A stretch of 64,000 nucleotides of DNA from a virus, in the IMG/VR virus record IMGVR_UViG_3300017728_002360, one strand, 5' to 3'. Below the pieces are notes generated by a model that saw nothing but the letters and a program-made list of their open reading frames with translations, did not search any database and had not been told where the DNA came from. The translations under genes were made by a program, and so were the position numbers. Shown here one piece after another: positions 1-10,900 of the stretch; positions within the stretch are counted from its first letter, which is position 1, and the number at the start of each line of letters is the position of its first letter.

Positions 1-1
1 A

Positions 2-472
2 GATTTATATACTAGAATTATTACAGTAGAAGCACAGTCTGGTGTTACTAATCCAGGTGGTTCTACAATACAACAAAGCATCATTGGAGATGTTATAGGT
101 AATGATTCAACTATAATTGTTAACCATGCTACAAGCACAGTTACAGCACAAAACATAGTAGGAAATTTAAAAGGTTCAGTTGTAGCAGATGACTCAACAG
201 TAATTATTGACGGTGTAAGTGGTACTATTCCTTATTCAGTATTAAGTGGTACACCAACTATACCAACAAACAATAACACGTTAACAAACGGTGCTGGGTT
301 TATTACTGCAAGTTCAACAGAAGCTTTAACAAACAAATCAGGTAACGTATCAATGTTTACAAACGATAGTAATTACTTAACGGCTGAAACAATTACGTTA
401 ACAACACTAAAAACAGAGGTAGCGGCAAGTACAGATTTCGCTGACTTCCAAACAAGGATAGCGGCACTATAA
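2..472 (+). CDS. C-terminal part of a tail-fibre-like structural protein (5' truncated)
   Basis: Open frame from nt 2 to TAA 470-472; Thr/Ser/Gly-rich; GDVIGNDST and GSVVADDST repeats shared with other fibre genes. Confidence 0.7.
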   Translation, partial: DLYTRIITVEAQSGVTNPGGSTIQQSIIGDVIGNDSTIIVNHATSTVTAQNIVGNLKGSVVADDSTVIIDGVSGTIPYSVLSGTPTIPTNNNTLTNGAGFITASSTEALTNKSGNVSMFTNDSNYLTAETITLTTLKTEVAASTDFADFQTRIAAL

Positions 473-475
473 ATA
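468..475 (+). promoter_or_regulatory. T4-type late promoter TATAAATA
   Basis: Exact T4 gp55 late consensus 18 nt upstream of ATG 494. Confidence 0.65.
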
Positions 476-493
476 TGTTAGTAGGAAAACAAA

Positions 494-3136
494 ATGGCAA
501 ATAGAATACCACTAGTAGTAGATACAACTGAAAACAAGATTAAAGAGTTACCAGTCGGTGATAATTTAGATCTTGGTGGATCTGGACTTACTAACGTAGG
601 AACAGTAAACGCAACAGACGTAAGAATTAACAACGTATCATTTAACAATCCGTTCAGTGGTGATTATAATGACTTGACTAACAAGCCAATTATTCCAACT
701 GTACCAAGTGCATTAAGTTCATTTGCAAATGATGTTGGATATCTATCAGCAGGTACTACAACAGATCAAGTTAACGAAGGTACAGCTAATTTATACTTTT
801 CAAATGCTAGAACAGATGCACGTATTAATAGTGCAAACATACAGTCATTAGGTAACGTAACAAATCCAGCGGCTGGCGATGATGGAAAAGTTTTATACTA
901 TGACCATCCTTCACAGACTTTCAAATACAAAGCTACTGTTACAGAATTAGATACATTAGACACAGTTTTAACTAGAGGTAATGTTTCAGCTCAAGACATA
1001 TATGTTGATAAAGTTTATTTTAAAAACGTATTCGCAACATTGGCAGACTTACCAAATGCAGGTACATACCACGGTATGTTCGCACACGTACATGGTACAG
1101 GTAAAGCCTACTTTGCACACGCAGGTGCTTGGATACCACTAGCACAAGAAAGTGGTGGAACATTATTACAAGTAGCGGCTGATGATTCAACAGTTAGAAG
1201 CATTGGCTACGGTGAAACAATGCAAATTGTAGGTGGCGGTGGTATTACTACTGCTTCTGATGTTGAAGGTAATTTTACTATTACTGCTTCATTAAACTTA
1301 GGTGACGTTAATGATGTAACCACAACAGGTGCTAACAACGGACAAGCTCTTATATGGGACAATGCCGCAAGTACTTGGAAGCCAGGAACAGTTTCAAGTT
1401 CAATTAGTGAGATAGGTGATCTAACAGATGTTGACGTTACAACGGTTGCTCCACAAAACGATTATGCTTTAAGTTGGAACGCAAGTGTAAACAAATGGAG
1501 ACCTCGTGCGTTAAACAACATTGATGCCGCAACTATTCAAGTAACAACTGACAATAGTGCCGCAACACAGTTTCCAATGTTTGTAAGTGCTAATGGTGGT
1601 GCTCAACAAACAGCTAGAACAGATGCAAACTTTAATTACAATCCAAATACTAACACACTTGGAGTAAACATAATTAATGCATCAACACTTGGCACAACAG
1701 ATTTAAATATAAGTGGAACATTAGATAACGGAACAAACGAAATTACAGTTGGCACACACTTCAAGATGGCAAGTGCCGCAGAAACTAGATACTACGCAGG
1801 TGATAACGGAAACTATACTGCCTTAAGAGCACCGTCAACACTAACAGGTAACACAACATTTATTTTACCAGATGGTGATGGAAGTGCAGATCAAGTATTA
1901 AAAACAAATGGTGCGGGAGTACTAACTTGGGTTGATCAATCAGGTGGCGGTAGTTCACAAAACACATTCCAAACAATAGCAGTAGCAGGACAGACAAACG
2001 TTGTAGCAGATTCAACAACAGATGTATTAACATTTGTTGCTGGTTCTAACATGACTATCACTACTGATACGGCAACAGACACAATTACATTTGTATCGTC
2101 AGGTGGCGGTGGAGGTGGAGGCACTCCAGGAGGTGCTGATACACAGGTTCAGTTTAATGATGCAAGTTCATTTGGTGGCGATTCAGGATTAGTTTATAAC
2201 AAGACATCTGATACACTTACAGGTGTTAACATTGCCGCAACAACAGTTACAGCAACAACAGTAACAGCAGATACCTTACAAACATCAGGTACTGGTGTAC
2301 CAACATTCACAAGTGCAAGTAATATTATATTTGATGCCGCGAATGCCGTTGTACTACAAAGAACTCCTTTGAGATTAGGCAGTTATGATCAAGATGGATT
2401 AAATGCTATAACACCACAAAAAGGTGATGTTGTGTTTGACCAGAATGCAAGTGACATGATATTCTATAATGGTAGTGAATGGGTAGGATCAGGATCACAA
2501 TATAGCTTTAGCATAGGTGCTGATGACTCTTCAATGCAGTTAGTAAGCAGAGGAGAATCAATCAAGATTGCAGGTGGTACAGGTATTACAACTTCAAGTG
2601 ATACAGAAGGTAACATTACTATTACACGTGGTAACATTATGGTAAACAACTTATCAGACGTTACTATAACATCGCCAAGTTCAGGACAAGTTTTAAAATA
2701 CAATGGTGCGGCTTGGGTTAACGACACTGATGCAGAAGGCAGTGGTGGTATTAGTATTAGTACACCAGCCGCAGGCGACATGGTTTATTACAATGGTAGT
2801 GCTTGGGCGGCAACACAAGGTCCAGTATACTATTACACAGTAACATCAAATGGATCAAGTGCATACAGATTTGCAGGACCAGGTATTAGTGCAACAGCAG
2901 ATAATCCAGCCCTAACATTATACAAGGGTGCAACTTATATCTTTAACAACACTACTGGTTCAGGACACCCATTTGCTATTAGAACAAGCAGTGGCGGAAG
3001 TTCGTTTACAGAAGGTGTTAGTGGATCAACAACAGGAACACAAACATTTACAGTACCACATGAACCAAGTGATACGTCATTGGTATACCAGTGTACTATT
3101 CACGGGGGCATGGTAGGTAACTTAACAATAGTCTAG
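494..3136 (+). CDS. Tail fibre-like virion protein with C-terminal cupredoxin-like domain
   Basis: 880 aa, T/S/G-rich, repeated L.DV.......GQ.L.W fibre modules; C-terminal GHPF...YQCTIHGGM. Confidence 0.75.
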   Translation: MANRIPLVVDTTENKIKELPVGDNLDLGGSGLTNVGTVNATDVRINNVSFNNPFSGDYNDLTNKPIIPTVPSALSSFANDVGYLSAGTTTDQVNEGTANLYFSNARTDARINSANIQSLGNVTNPAAGDDGKVLYYDHPSQTFKYKATVTELDTLDTVLTRGNVSAQDIYVDKVYFKNVFATLADLPNAGTYHGMFAHVHGTGKAYFAHAGAWIPLAQESGGTLLQVAADDSTVRSIGYGETMQIVGGGGITTASDVEGNFTITASLNLGDVNDVTTTGANNGQALIWDNAASTWKPGTVSSSISEIGDLTDVDVTTVAPQNDYALSWNASVNKWRPRALNNIDAATIQVTTDNSAATQFPMFVSANGGAQQTARTDANFNYNPNTNTLGVNIINASTLGTTDLNISGTLDNGTNEITVGTHFKMASAAETRYYAGDNGNYTALRAPSTLTGNTTFILPDGDGSADQVLKTNGAGVLTWVDQSGGGSSQNTFQTIAVAGQTNVVADSTTDVLTFVAGSNMTITTDTATDTITFVSSGGGGGGGTPGGADTQVQFNDASSFGGDSGLVYNKTSDTLTGVNIAATTVTATTVTADTLQTSGTGVPTFTSASNIIFDAANAVVLQRTPLRLGSYDQDGLNAITPQKGDVVFDQNASDMIFYNGSEWVGSGSQYSFSIGADDSSMQLVSRGESIKIAGGTGITTSSDTEGNITITRGNIMVNNLSDVTITSPSSGQVLKYNGAAWVNDTDAEGSGGISISTPAAGDMVYYNGSAWAATQGPVYYYTVTSNGSSAYRFAGPGISATADNPALTLYKGATYIFNNTTGSGHPFAIRTSSGGSSFTEGVSGSTTGTQTFTVPHEPSDTSLVYQCTIHGGMVGNLTIV

Positions 3137-3144
3137 GAGTTACT

Positions 3145-4686
3145 ATGTCAGAGAAGCATTACGTCGTTTCGTTAAAAAAGGGAGTAGATAAGGAGCAGTT
3201 CTTAAATGAACTGAATACTTCAACATCTATTACTGACGTACCAGATAGACAAGTTACCACAGTAAACGCAAGACCAATCAGCAAACGTATGTTAGAAGTT
3301 GCTCTTACAGATGCAGAAGCAACAACATTAATGAACGATTCAAGAGTAGGTGGAGTCAACGAACCTTTGGTTTGGGACGATGAATGGTTAGACTACGAAC
3401 AAGCAGGAACATTCATTAGAAACAGTACATCAACTGGAAGAGATAATTGGGGATTCAAAAGACACGTTGCAGAAACAAATGAATGGGGTTCTAGCACAGG
3501 TAATGACTTAGGTGGAACATACGATTATCATCTGGATGGAAGTGGTATTGATTACATACACCAAGAAACAAAATTTAGATACGATCACGAAGAATGGCAA
3601 GACAAGGACGGCAACAGTCGTTTACAACAATTCCAATGGAACACACTTCCTAACTGTGGTTCAATATCAACATTAGACTACAGCAGTACAGCAGGATCAA
3701 GCTACCATGCTACTCACTGTGCCGGAACGGCAGTTGGTAAAAAATATGGTTGGGCCAAGAACGCAAACATATTTTGTTTGGACATGAATACTGTAAACTC
3801 AAGCTATTGGTTTGATGCTATCAAAGAATTTCACAAAGCAAAAACTATTAATCCAATCACAGGATTTAAAAGACCAACTGTGGTAAGTGCTAGTTGGGGT
3901 TACAAATCATACTTCTCAAGCATGACAGATATTCAGTTTAGAGGATCAAGTGTTGGTTCTGTTAAAAGTTCATCATATGGAATGATTGGAGATAGTTCAA
4001 ACAGATTCAATGCACAGATTTATAACTTGATGGCAGAAGTAGAAGAAATGCAAGACGAGGGTGTACACTATCATAAGAGTGCAGGTAACCAAGGACAAAA
4101 ACTTTGTTTCGAGGGTGACGTAGACTACAACAATTATATTACAAGAAGTGTTTCTTCAGGTGGTATATCTGCTGGTAACCCGATATACTATAATAGAGGT
4201 GCAGGTAACATTGGTCCTCATACTATTGTTTGTGGTAACTTAGATAGTGCATTATATTCAAACACAGAAGCTTGCCAATCAGGTAGTGATAAAGGACCAA
4301 GGGTTGATGTTTATTCAGCAGGAACGAATATCGTTAGTGCATATAATACAAGCTCAACAGCAATATCTAATTTAACAGGAACATCAATGAGTACTCCTAA
4401 TACAGCAGGAATGAGCTGTTTGGTACTACAACTTAATCCAGGATACACTCCTGCACAATTACGTCAGTGGTGGCATACTAACAGTCTTAAAGGACAACTG
4501 TATCAAGGTTCAACAGATGAGAGTACTCCAGCTACGTTCTTTAACAATAACAGAAACTTAATGAGTCCAGATGCAACTTCAAATAGAATTGCATACTTTG
4601 GAAACTTAAACAAAAGCACAACCTTTAGTAAGAAAAAAGGTTTAGACACAACAGGTCCATCAGGATTTAAAGCGAGTGGTAACTAA
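3145..4686 (+). CDS. Subtilisin-like S8 peptidase (paralogue 1)
   Basis: HATHCAG, SAGN, GTSMSTP; N-terminal propeptide-like region. Confidence 0.8.
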   Translation: MSEKHYVVSLKKGVDKEQFLNELNTSTSITDVPDRQVTTVNARPISKRMLEVALTDAEATTLMNDSRVGGVNEPLVWDDEWLDYEQAGTFIRNSTSTGRDNWGFKRHVAETNEWGSSTGNDLGGTYDYHLDGSGIDYIHQETKFRYDHEEWQDKDGNSRLQQFQWNTLPNCGSISTLDYSSTAGSSYHATHCAGTAVGKKYGWAKNANIFCLDMNTVNSSYWFDAIKEFHKAKTINPITGFKRPTVVSASWGYKSYFSSMTDIQFRGSSVGSVKSSSYGMIGDSSNRFNAQIYNLMAEVEEMQDEGVHYHKSAGNQGQKLCFEGDVDYNNYITRSVSSGGISAGNPIYYNRGAGNIGPHTIVCGNLDSALYSNTEACQSGSDKGPRVDVYSAGTNIVSAYNTSSTAISNLTGTSMSTPNTAGMSCLVLQLNPGYTPAQLRQWWHTNSLKGQLYQGSTDESTPATFFNNNRNLMSPDATSNRIAYFGNLNKSTTFSKKKGLDTTGPSGFKASGN

Positions 4687-6320
4687 TGGCACAAGAAGAA
4701 TTTAGAGTTATAACAAACAAGGGAACTGATGTAGCTGAAATAGATCAGTTATTACAAAAAGACACGGCAGGTGATTCTAGTGTTGATTCTAATATCATTC
4801 CTGATAGAACCTGTGATGTTTCACACGCAAAAGCAACCAACAATAGAATTACTTGTTATATGCTTGAACCAGAAGAAGCAGTTAAACTTAAAAACGATCC
4901 TAGAATTAAAGATGTAGAACCTTCTAGCACAGATCAAGCAAGAGAATTGTTTGCAGTACAAAATGATCAATTCCAAAGAACAACTACAAATAATCAAGAT
5001 GATAAGAACTGGGGATTGTATAGACACTTGTTTAAGGATTGGCAGGCCAATCAAGCGGCAAGTAGCACGTTCTCAGGAGATTATAACTACACACTAGATG
5101 GAACAGGCGTAGACATTGTTATACAAGATGACGGTGTTGATCCTACAGGACATCCTGAATGGGACGATTACAATGGTGTTACTAGATTTCAACAGATAGA
5201 TTGGTATGCGGAATCAGGTGTAACTGGTACAATGCCTGCGAACCATTACACAAACGGTTATTCAGATACAAACAGAGCAGGTGCTCACGGAAGTCATTGC
5301 TGTGGTATTGCCGCAGGTAAGACATACGGTTGGGCCAAGAATGCACGACTATATTCAGTAAGACTATTTGGTGGCACAGCGGCTATGAATGGTAACGATA
5401 TCTATGATGTTATCAGAGAATGGCATCTAAGAAAACCAATTGATCCTAACACAGGATTTAGACGTCCTACTATTGTTAATCAAAGTTGGGGATACAGTTG
5501 GTATTACAGCAACAATGCTGGTGCACAATTACAATCAATTTATTTCAAAGGTGTAGATCAGAACATTACACCAGCAACTTTTTCAAGTGCGTTTGTAAAC
5601 TATGGAATGGTTAATTCAAAACATCCTACACAAAATAGTTTTGCAGACACAGAACAAGAACTGTTAACTGATGCAGGTATTATCTGTATCAAGGCGGCTG
5701 GTAACTCATATCACCCTTTTGCGTCCGGAGTAGCAGGAACAGGTGAGTACGGCAGTGACATTTATAACAGTTATTACACAATAAATCAATACCACAACGG
5801 ACAAGGTGTTGCCGCAGGATCACCGGTGTATTATAACAGACCAAGTTCACCACATAGTACAGATACTTTATTTGTTGCAAACATGGATACTGCACAATAC
5901 GGTGGACTAGAAAAAGTTAGAGTTGATAGTGAACGTGGACCAAGGATAGATGTTATTGCCGCAGGTGATGATATTTCAAGTGCAACTAGCCAAGTAAGTG
6001 CATACCCCAATAAACAACTGTATCCAGGAAGTAGCACACACTACATGGCTAAGATTGGTGGAACTAGCATGGCGGCTCCGCAGATATGTGGAATGGGTGC
6101 TTTGTGGTTACAAACAAATCCAGGTGGCACAGCGGCACAATTTAAAAACTTTTTAAAACAAAATAGTACAGCAACAGCATATGACAGTGGTACAGCAGAA
6201 AGCTTCAGTTACGGTAACAGTTACCCACGTTTATATGGTGCTCCTAATAGGGTAGCACATTGGCCTTACAGCAGTCCAAATCCTATTAGATTTAGAGGTA
6301 CCTCAGGTAACGATCAATAG
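4686..6320 (+). CDS. Subtilisin-like S8 peptidase (paralogue 2)
   Basis: VIQDDG, HGSHCCG, AAGN, GTSMAAP. Confidence 0.85.
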   Translation: MAQEEFRVITNKGTDVAEIDQLLQKDTAGDSSVDSNIIPDRTCDVSHAKATNNRITCYMLEPEEAVKLKNDPRIKDVEPSSTDQARELFAVQNDQFQRTTTNNQDDKNWGLYRHLFKDWQANQAASSTFSGDYNYTLDGTGVDIVIQDDGVDPTGHPEWDDYNGVTRFQQIDWYAESGVTGTMPANHYTNGYSDTNRAGAHGSHCCGIAAGKTYGWAKNARLYSVRLFGGTAAMNGNDIYDVIREWHLRKPIDPNTGFRRPTIVNQSWGYSWYYSNNAGAQLQSIYFKGVDQNITPATFSSAFVNYGMVNSKHPTQNSFADTEQELLTDAGIICIKAAGNSYHPFASGVAGTGEYGSDIYNSYYTINQYHNGQGVAAGSPVYYNRPSSPHSTDTLFVANMDTAQYGGLEKVRVDSERGPRIDVIAAGDDISSATSQVSAYPNKQLYPGSSTHYMAKIGGTSMAAPQICGMGALWLQTNPGGTAAQFKNFLKQNSTATAYDSGTAESFSYGNSYPRLYGAPNRVAHWPYSSPNPIRFRGTSGNDQ

Positions 6321-6327
6321 ATAAATA
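6320..6327 (+). promoter_or_regulatory. Late promoter GATAAATA
   Basis: Motif recurs just upstream of genes at 7950, 11467, 12834, 20520, 28968, 29613, 33273, 35031, 57833. Confidence 0.65.
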
Positions 6328-6345
6328 CAGTATAGGAAGAGAAAC

Positions 6346-7050
6346 ATGGCTTTACAAACAATAAACATAGGAACACTAGCAAACGACGGAACAGGTGATG
6401 ATCTGCGTGAAGCGTTTATTAAGGTTAATCAAAACTTTGATGACCTAGATTTACGTTCTCCAGAAAGCACAACTGTTACTAATTTGGGTAATACTGGTGA
6501 AGGTGTTTTTGCACAAAAAGTTGGTTCTCAACTACAGATGAAGAAACTAGTACAGGGTTCAAACGTAACACTAACTAGTTCTACTACAGGAATTACAATT
6601 AATGCTACTGGTGGTTTACAACAATTAAACGTTGTTTCAGACAGTGGTAGTATGCAACTAGCAGACGGTAACACACTTAATATATTTGGTGGAGCCGGTG
6701 CTAATACAAGTGTAAGCGGAAACGTTTTAACGATTGCTTCACAGGCTGAAGTCAAGTCAGATACTACACCAGAACTAGGCGGAAGTCTAAATGCTAGTGG
6801 AAATGACATTTCTAACGTAAATACACTTACAGCAAGTAACTTCAGCGGTGCACTAACTGGTAATGTACAAGGGTTAGTATACGGCGTTGATATTAGAAAC
6901 ATTGAACCTAACACAGCAGGGTTTGACTTTGGCAGTTTAAGTAATGATGTTAGAGGTTTATCAGATTGGTTAATATACGAAACTGACATAGACTTCGGAC
7001 AAGTACTAACCCCAGATGTTAGAAACTTTGATGCGGGGATATTAAGTTAA
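6346..7050 (+). CDS. Baseplate/tail-fibre connector-like protein (T4 gp9/gp10-like N-terminus)
   Basis: INIGTLANDGTGDDLREAFIKVNQNF N-terminal motif. Confidence 0.7.
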   Translation: MALQTINIGTLANDGTGDDLREAFIKVNQNFDDLDLRSPESTTVTNLGNTGEGVFAQKVGSQLQMKKLVQGSNVTLTSSTTGITINATGGLQQLNVVSDSGSMQLADGNTLNIFGGAGANTSVSGNVLTIASQAEVKSDTTPELGGSLNASGNDISNVNTLTASNFSGALTGNVQGLVYGVDIRNIEPNTAGFDFGSLSNDVRGLSDWLIYETDIDFGQVLTPDVRNFDAGILS

Positions 7051-7059
7051 GGATAAATT

Positions 7060-7935
7060 ATGGCAACACTAACGATTACATCAAATGGTTTACCTAATCC
7101 AGCACAGTTTGGAAAGCCTTTTGGACAGAATGCTTTTTCACCAAGTGCTAACGTTGTAGGTTCACAATCATACAACTACTCATTTACCTACAGAGGTGGT
7201 GAGAATACAAGTAATCCACAGTTAGTTACTTCACTTACTCCAATAGGAATTATGAATAACGGTGTTGTATTTTTTAGTCCAAGTGCAGGAGTAGGACAAG
7301 TTCCTCCAGGATTAGATCCTACAGCAGATGCACCAGGTACAAATTTTGAATATAATGCTGTTCAGTTTAGAACAAACTACGGCGGAGACGATGCAGGTGG
7401 GTGGCCAGAAACTACAGGACAATATCATTATATGTCAGGACAGTTTTTAAACTTACCAACAGGATCATCAGAAGCTAACCCAGGTTGGCAGGCAAGTACT
7501 GTAACAGGTGCAAGTCCGGCCGCGGCATATTATACTGCCTCTGACTTTAGTGGAGACTATTTTAGACACGCAGATGGACACAGTAAAATATTAGGATATT
7601 GTTTTGATGGCTATCCTATTTACGGACCTTATGGCTATTCAGACTACAATGACCCAGCGTCAGCAGTAGTTAGAATGACAAGCTCATATCAATACTACTC
7701 AACAGAACCAACAGGTAGAGGATACTTGTATGGTGCCAAAACAGCAGGAACATTTATTAACGATCACGAGTATCAAATAGGTACAGGGTTATTAGATGAA
7801 TTCAATGGTAGGTTTGAAAAAACTCCTGAATATGTTAACGGTACATACTGCTATCACGTAACTGTAGACTCTAGTTTACAGCCCGTATATCCATACATTG
7901 TAGGTCCTAGCACTAAACAACAAAGAGCATATTAA
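7060..7935 (+). CDS. YHYH-domain protein
   Basis: GQYHYM, LGYCFDGYPIYGPYG, LDEFNGR...GTYCYHVT. Confidence 0.7.
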   Translation: MATLTITSNGLPNPAQFGKPFGQNAFSPSANVVGSQSYNYSFTYRGGENTSNPQLVTSLTPIGIMNNGVVFFSPSAGVGQVPPGLDPTADAPGTNFEYNAVQFRTNYGGDDAGGWPETTGQYHYMSGQFLNLPTGSSEANPGWQASTVTGASPAAAYYTASDFSGDYFRHADGHSKILGYCFDGYPIYGPYGYSDYNDPASAVVRMTSSYQYYSTEPTGRGYLYGAKTAGTFINDHEYQIGTGLLDEFNGRFEKTPEYVNGTYCYHVTVDSSLQPVYPYIVGPSTKQQRAY

Positions 7936-7949
7936 TAGCCATCGATTCC

Positions 7950-7957
7950 GATAAATA
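7950..7957 (+). promoter_or_regulatory. Late promoter GATAAATA
   Basis: Intergenic, upstream of ATG 7980. Confidence 0.6.
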
Positions 7958-7979
7958 CTGTAAAGTTTAAGGATTTGAT

Positions 7980-10900
7980 ATGGCAGTACCACAGTGGACA
8001 CAAAACTCAGGATATAAGTTAGGAACTCTACCCGAAAGAGTTACTACTTCTATCACACTACCTATTGCTCCAGGTTCAGCTAGTGGGTCAGGGTTTGACC
8101 CTGGTACTACAGAAATCAGCTTTCCTGCACAATCAAGAATATCAAACACAACTGTAATCAACATAGAGAAGACTTGGACACAGGGTGGTAATTCTGTTAC
8201 TTACACTTATCCAATAGCAATTAGAATTCCAACTATTACTGCACTTAACGATAAACGTATTCCTGTTGCAATACTATTGCACGGATCTGGTGGTAATGGT
8301 ATTAACGAGATAGGTAGTTGGCAAAACTACTTAGGTGATCATATTCTTGTTGCACCAACTGGTTACAACAACGAATGGAACGTTGCACACGAAAACACAA
8401 AAGCACCAGACATAGAATTTTTACAGGATTTAATTACACAACTTAAATTGTTTAGTAACGTAGATAATACTAAAATTAGAATGGTAGGTTTTAGTAACGG
8501 TGCGGCATTGGCAAACAGAGCATACGTGCAAATAGACGATACAGCATTAGATGTTATTTGTACAATAGGCACACAGTTCTTTGATCCAATGTTAAGAAAC
8601 AGCACATTTTATATTCCATCAGATCAAACAGGTATTACAACAGCAGAATACAATACTGCAAAGACTCCGTACCAACCAAGAAAGTTTTTAAACATACATG
8701 GTACAGCAGATGCAACTATTCCTTACACAGGTGGTTCACATAGCTTCGGTTATAGTTTCTTAGACGCTCAACAAAGTGTTTTTGAAATAGCAAAGTCACA
8801 AGGTTATACAGGCGGTGTTATTCCTGACGTAGGAGGAATATACTATGGTATAACAGGTGTATACTATTACTCATACCTTGCAGGACAAGTTACACACTAC
8901 AAGACACCAGCAGGACATGGTGTAGAAGATTATATGAAACAGATAATTGGTCTGTTCTTAGGTTACACACAGGAGTCGGCACCTAACATATTCTTAGAGC
9001 AAGGTTCTGTAACAGATATTAATTTAAACACAGACGTGATTACACTTATTAGTGGAGAACTTCCACCAGGTATGCGTTTGGTAGATAACAAGGTTGTAGG
9101 TACTCCATTTGAAGTAGCTAGAGATACAGTATTTGAATTTGTCCTAAGGGCACAAAACAGTGATGGTGTTAGAGATAGAACACTTAAGATAGAAGTACAA
9201 GGACCTGATGTTCCTATTTGGACAACAGCCGCAGGTAAGTTACCATTAGGACCTAATAACAGTTTTTATATATTAGATAGTAGTGTAGTAGACTTTCAGC
9301 TTTCAGCCATAGACGCAGACTTACCAACAGGGCAAAGTTTAGAATATTATATTGCTGACGGAGACGGAACACTACCTCCAGGAATACAATTAACCACAGA
9401 TGGTAAGTTGGTTGGTATTGTTGATCCTATATTAGCACTTGACGAAAGAAGTGGTAATGGATTTTACGACATGGCACAGTTTGATTCATATGCGTTTGAC
9501 TTTGGTATGAGAAGTGCAAACGGTTTTGAAAGTTATTACTACGATACGCAAGGATACGATTATGCTATTAAGACACAGAGTCCTAGAAAACTAAACAGAA
9601 CATACGAATTTACTGTTAGTGTTAGTGATGGCGATACTATAACAGAAAGAAAGTTTCAAATATTCTTAGTAGGTGATGATTTCCTACGTGCTGATAATAC
9701 TATCATGCAAATAGGTACAGGAATATTTACTGCGGATAATACTTACATAAGAGTACCTATGTGGTTAACTCCTGCGGACTTAGGTTTCAAAAGAGCAAAC
9801 AACTACGTAACTATTTTCTTAGATGTGTTTGATCCTAACGCACTTGTAGGAGAATTAAGATACGTATTAAGAGCAAATAACCCAGATGGTACAACAAGCA
9901 CAATACCACCAGGCATGGCACTAGATGTTACAACAGGTGAGATAGCTGGTCGTGTACCTTATATGCCTGCGGTTACTAAAGAATACAAATTTACAATTTC
10001 AGCTCAAAGATTTATAGATCAAAGTTTATATGCTGAAAAAGAAAAAACATTTACAGTAAAAGTATTAGGTGAAGTTGAAAGTACAATTACTTGGAATACT
10101 GCGGAGGCACTTGGTAGCATCAATGCAAACTTTATTAGTACGTTTGCCGTTAGTGCCACAACAACTGTAACTGACACAGCATTACTATATGATGTAACAG
10201 CAGGAAGTTTACCACCAGGATTGATACTTAACCATAATGGTGAAATTGTTGGTAAGGTAAGACAGTTTGCATCAGGAACCGATTTAGGACTAACAACTAT
10301 TGATAACAATAATTTTAGTATGGACGGCGGTACAACTACTACTGATAGAAAATTTAGTTTCACAGTAAGAGCTAGAGATAGATTTGGATTTAGTGCAACT
10401 ACTAGACAATTCAATATCGTTGTTAGTGATCCAGACAACATTACATACAGTAACCTCTACGTAAAACCCCTTCTTAAAAGCACACAGAGGTCTGCATACA
10501 GCAACTTCATTGGTGACCCTAACGTGTTTACACCCGGATCAATTTATAGACCAAACGATGCAGAATTTGGTTTACAAAAAGAAGTTAAGATGCTTGTATA
10601 TTCTGGATTGGAAACAAAAGAGATTAGAAACTATATCGCGGCAACTAGATTAAACCATAAACGAAAAAGATTTAAAATGGGTACAATTAAAACTGCCACT
10701 GCTAAAAAGACAGGAACCAATACGTCTGTATACGAAGTAGTGTATGTTGAAGTAATAGATCCAAGTGATATAAACAGTGGTACATTAAAAGTAAGAGCAA
10801 AGGATACTATTAGAAGTGATAAGAAGATTACTGTTGATAGTGTTGAATATGAAACAAGTGATGATGCATCTAAGGAAGGTGCAGGATTGGCTGTCTTTAC

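Noticed and set aside
2102-2122. GGN run as a contingency repeat
   Set aside because: Mixed Gly codons encoding an ordinary linker
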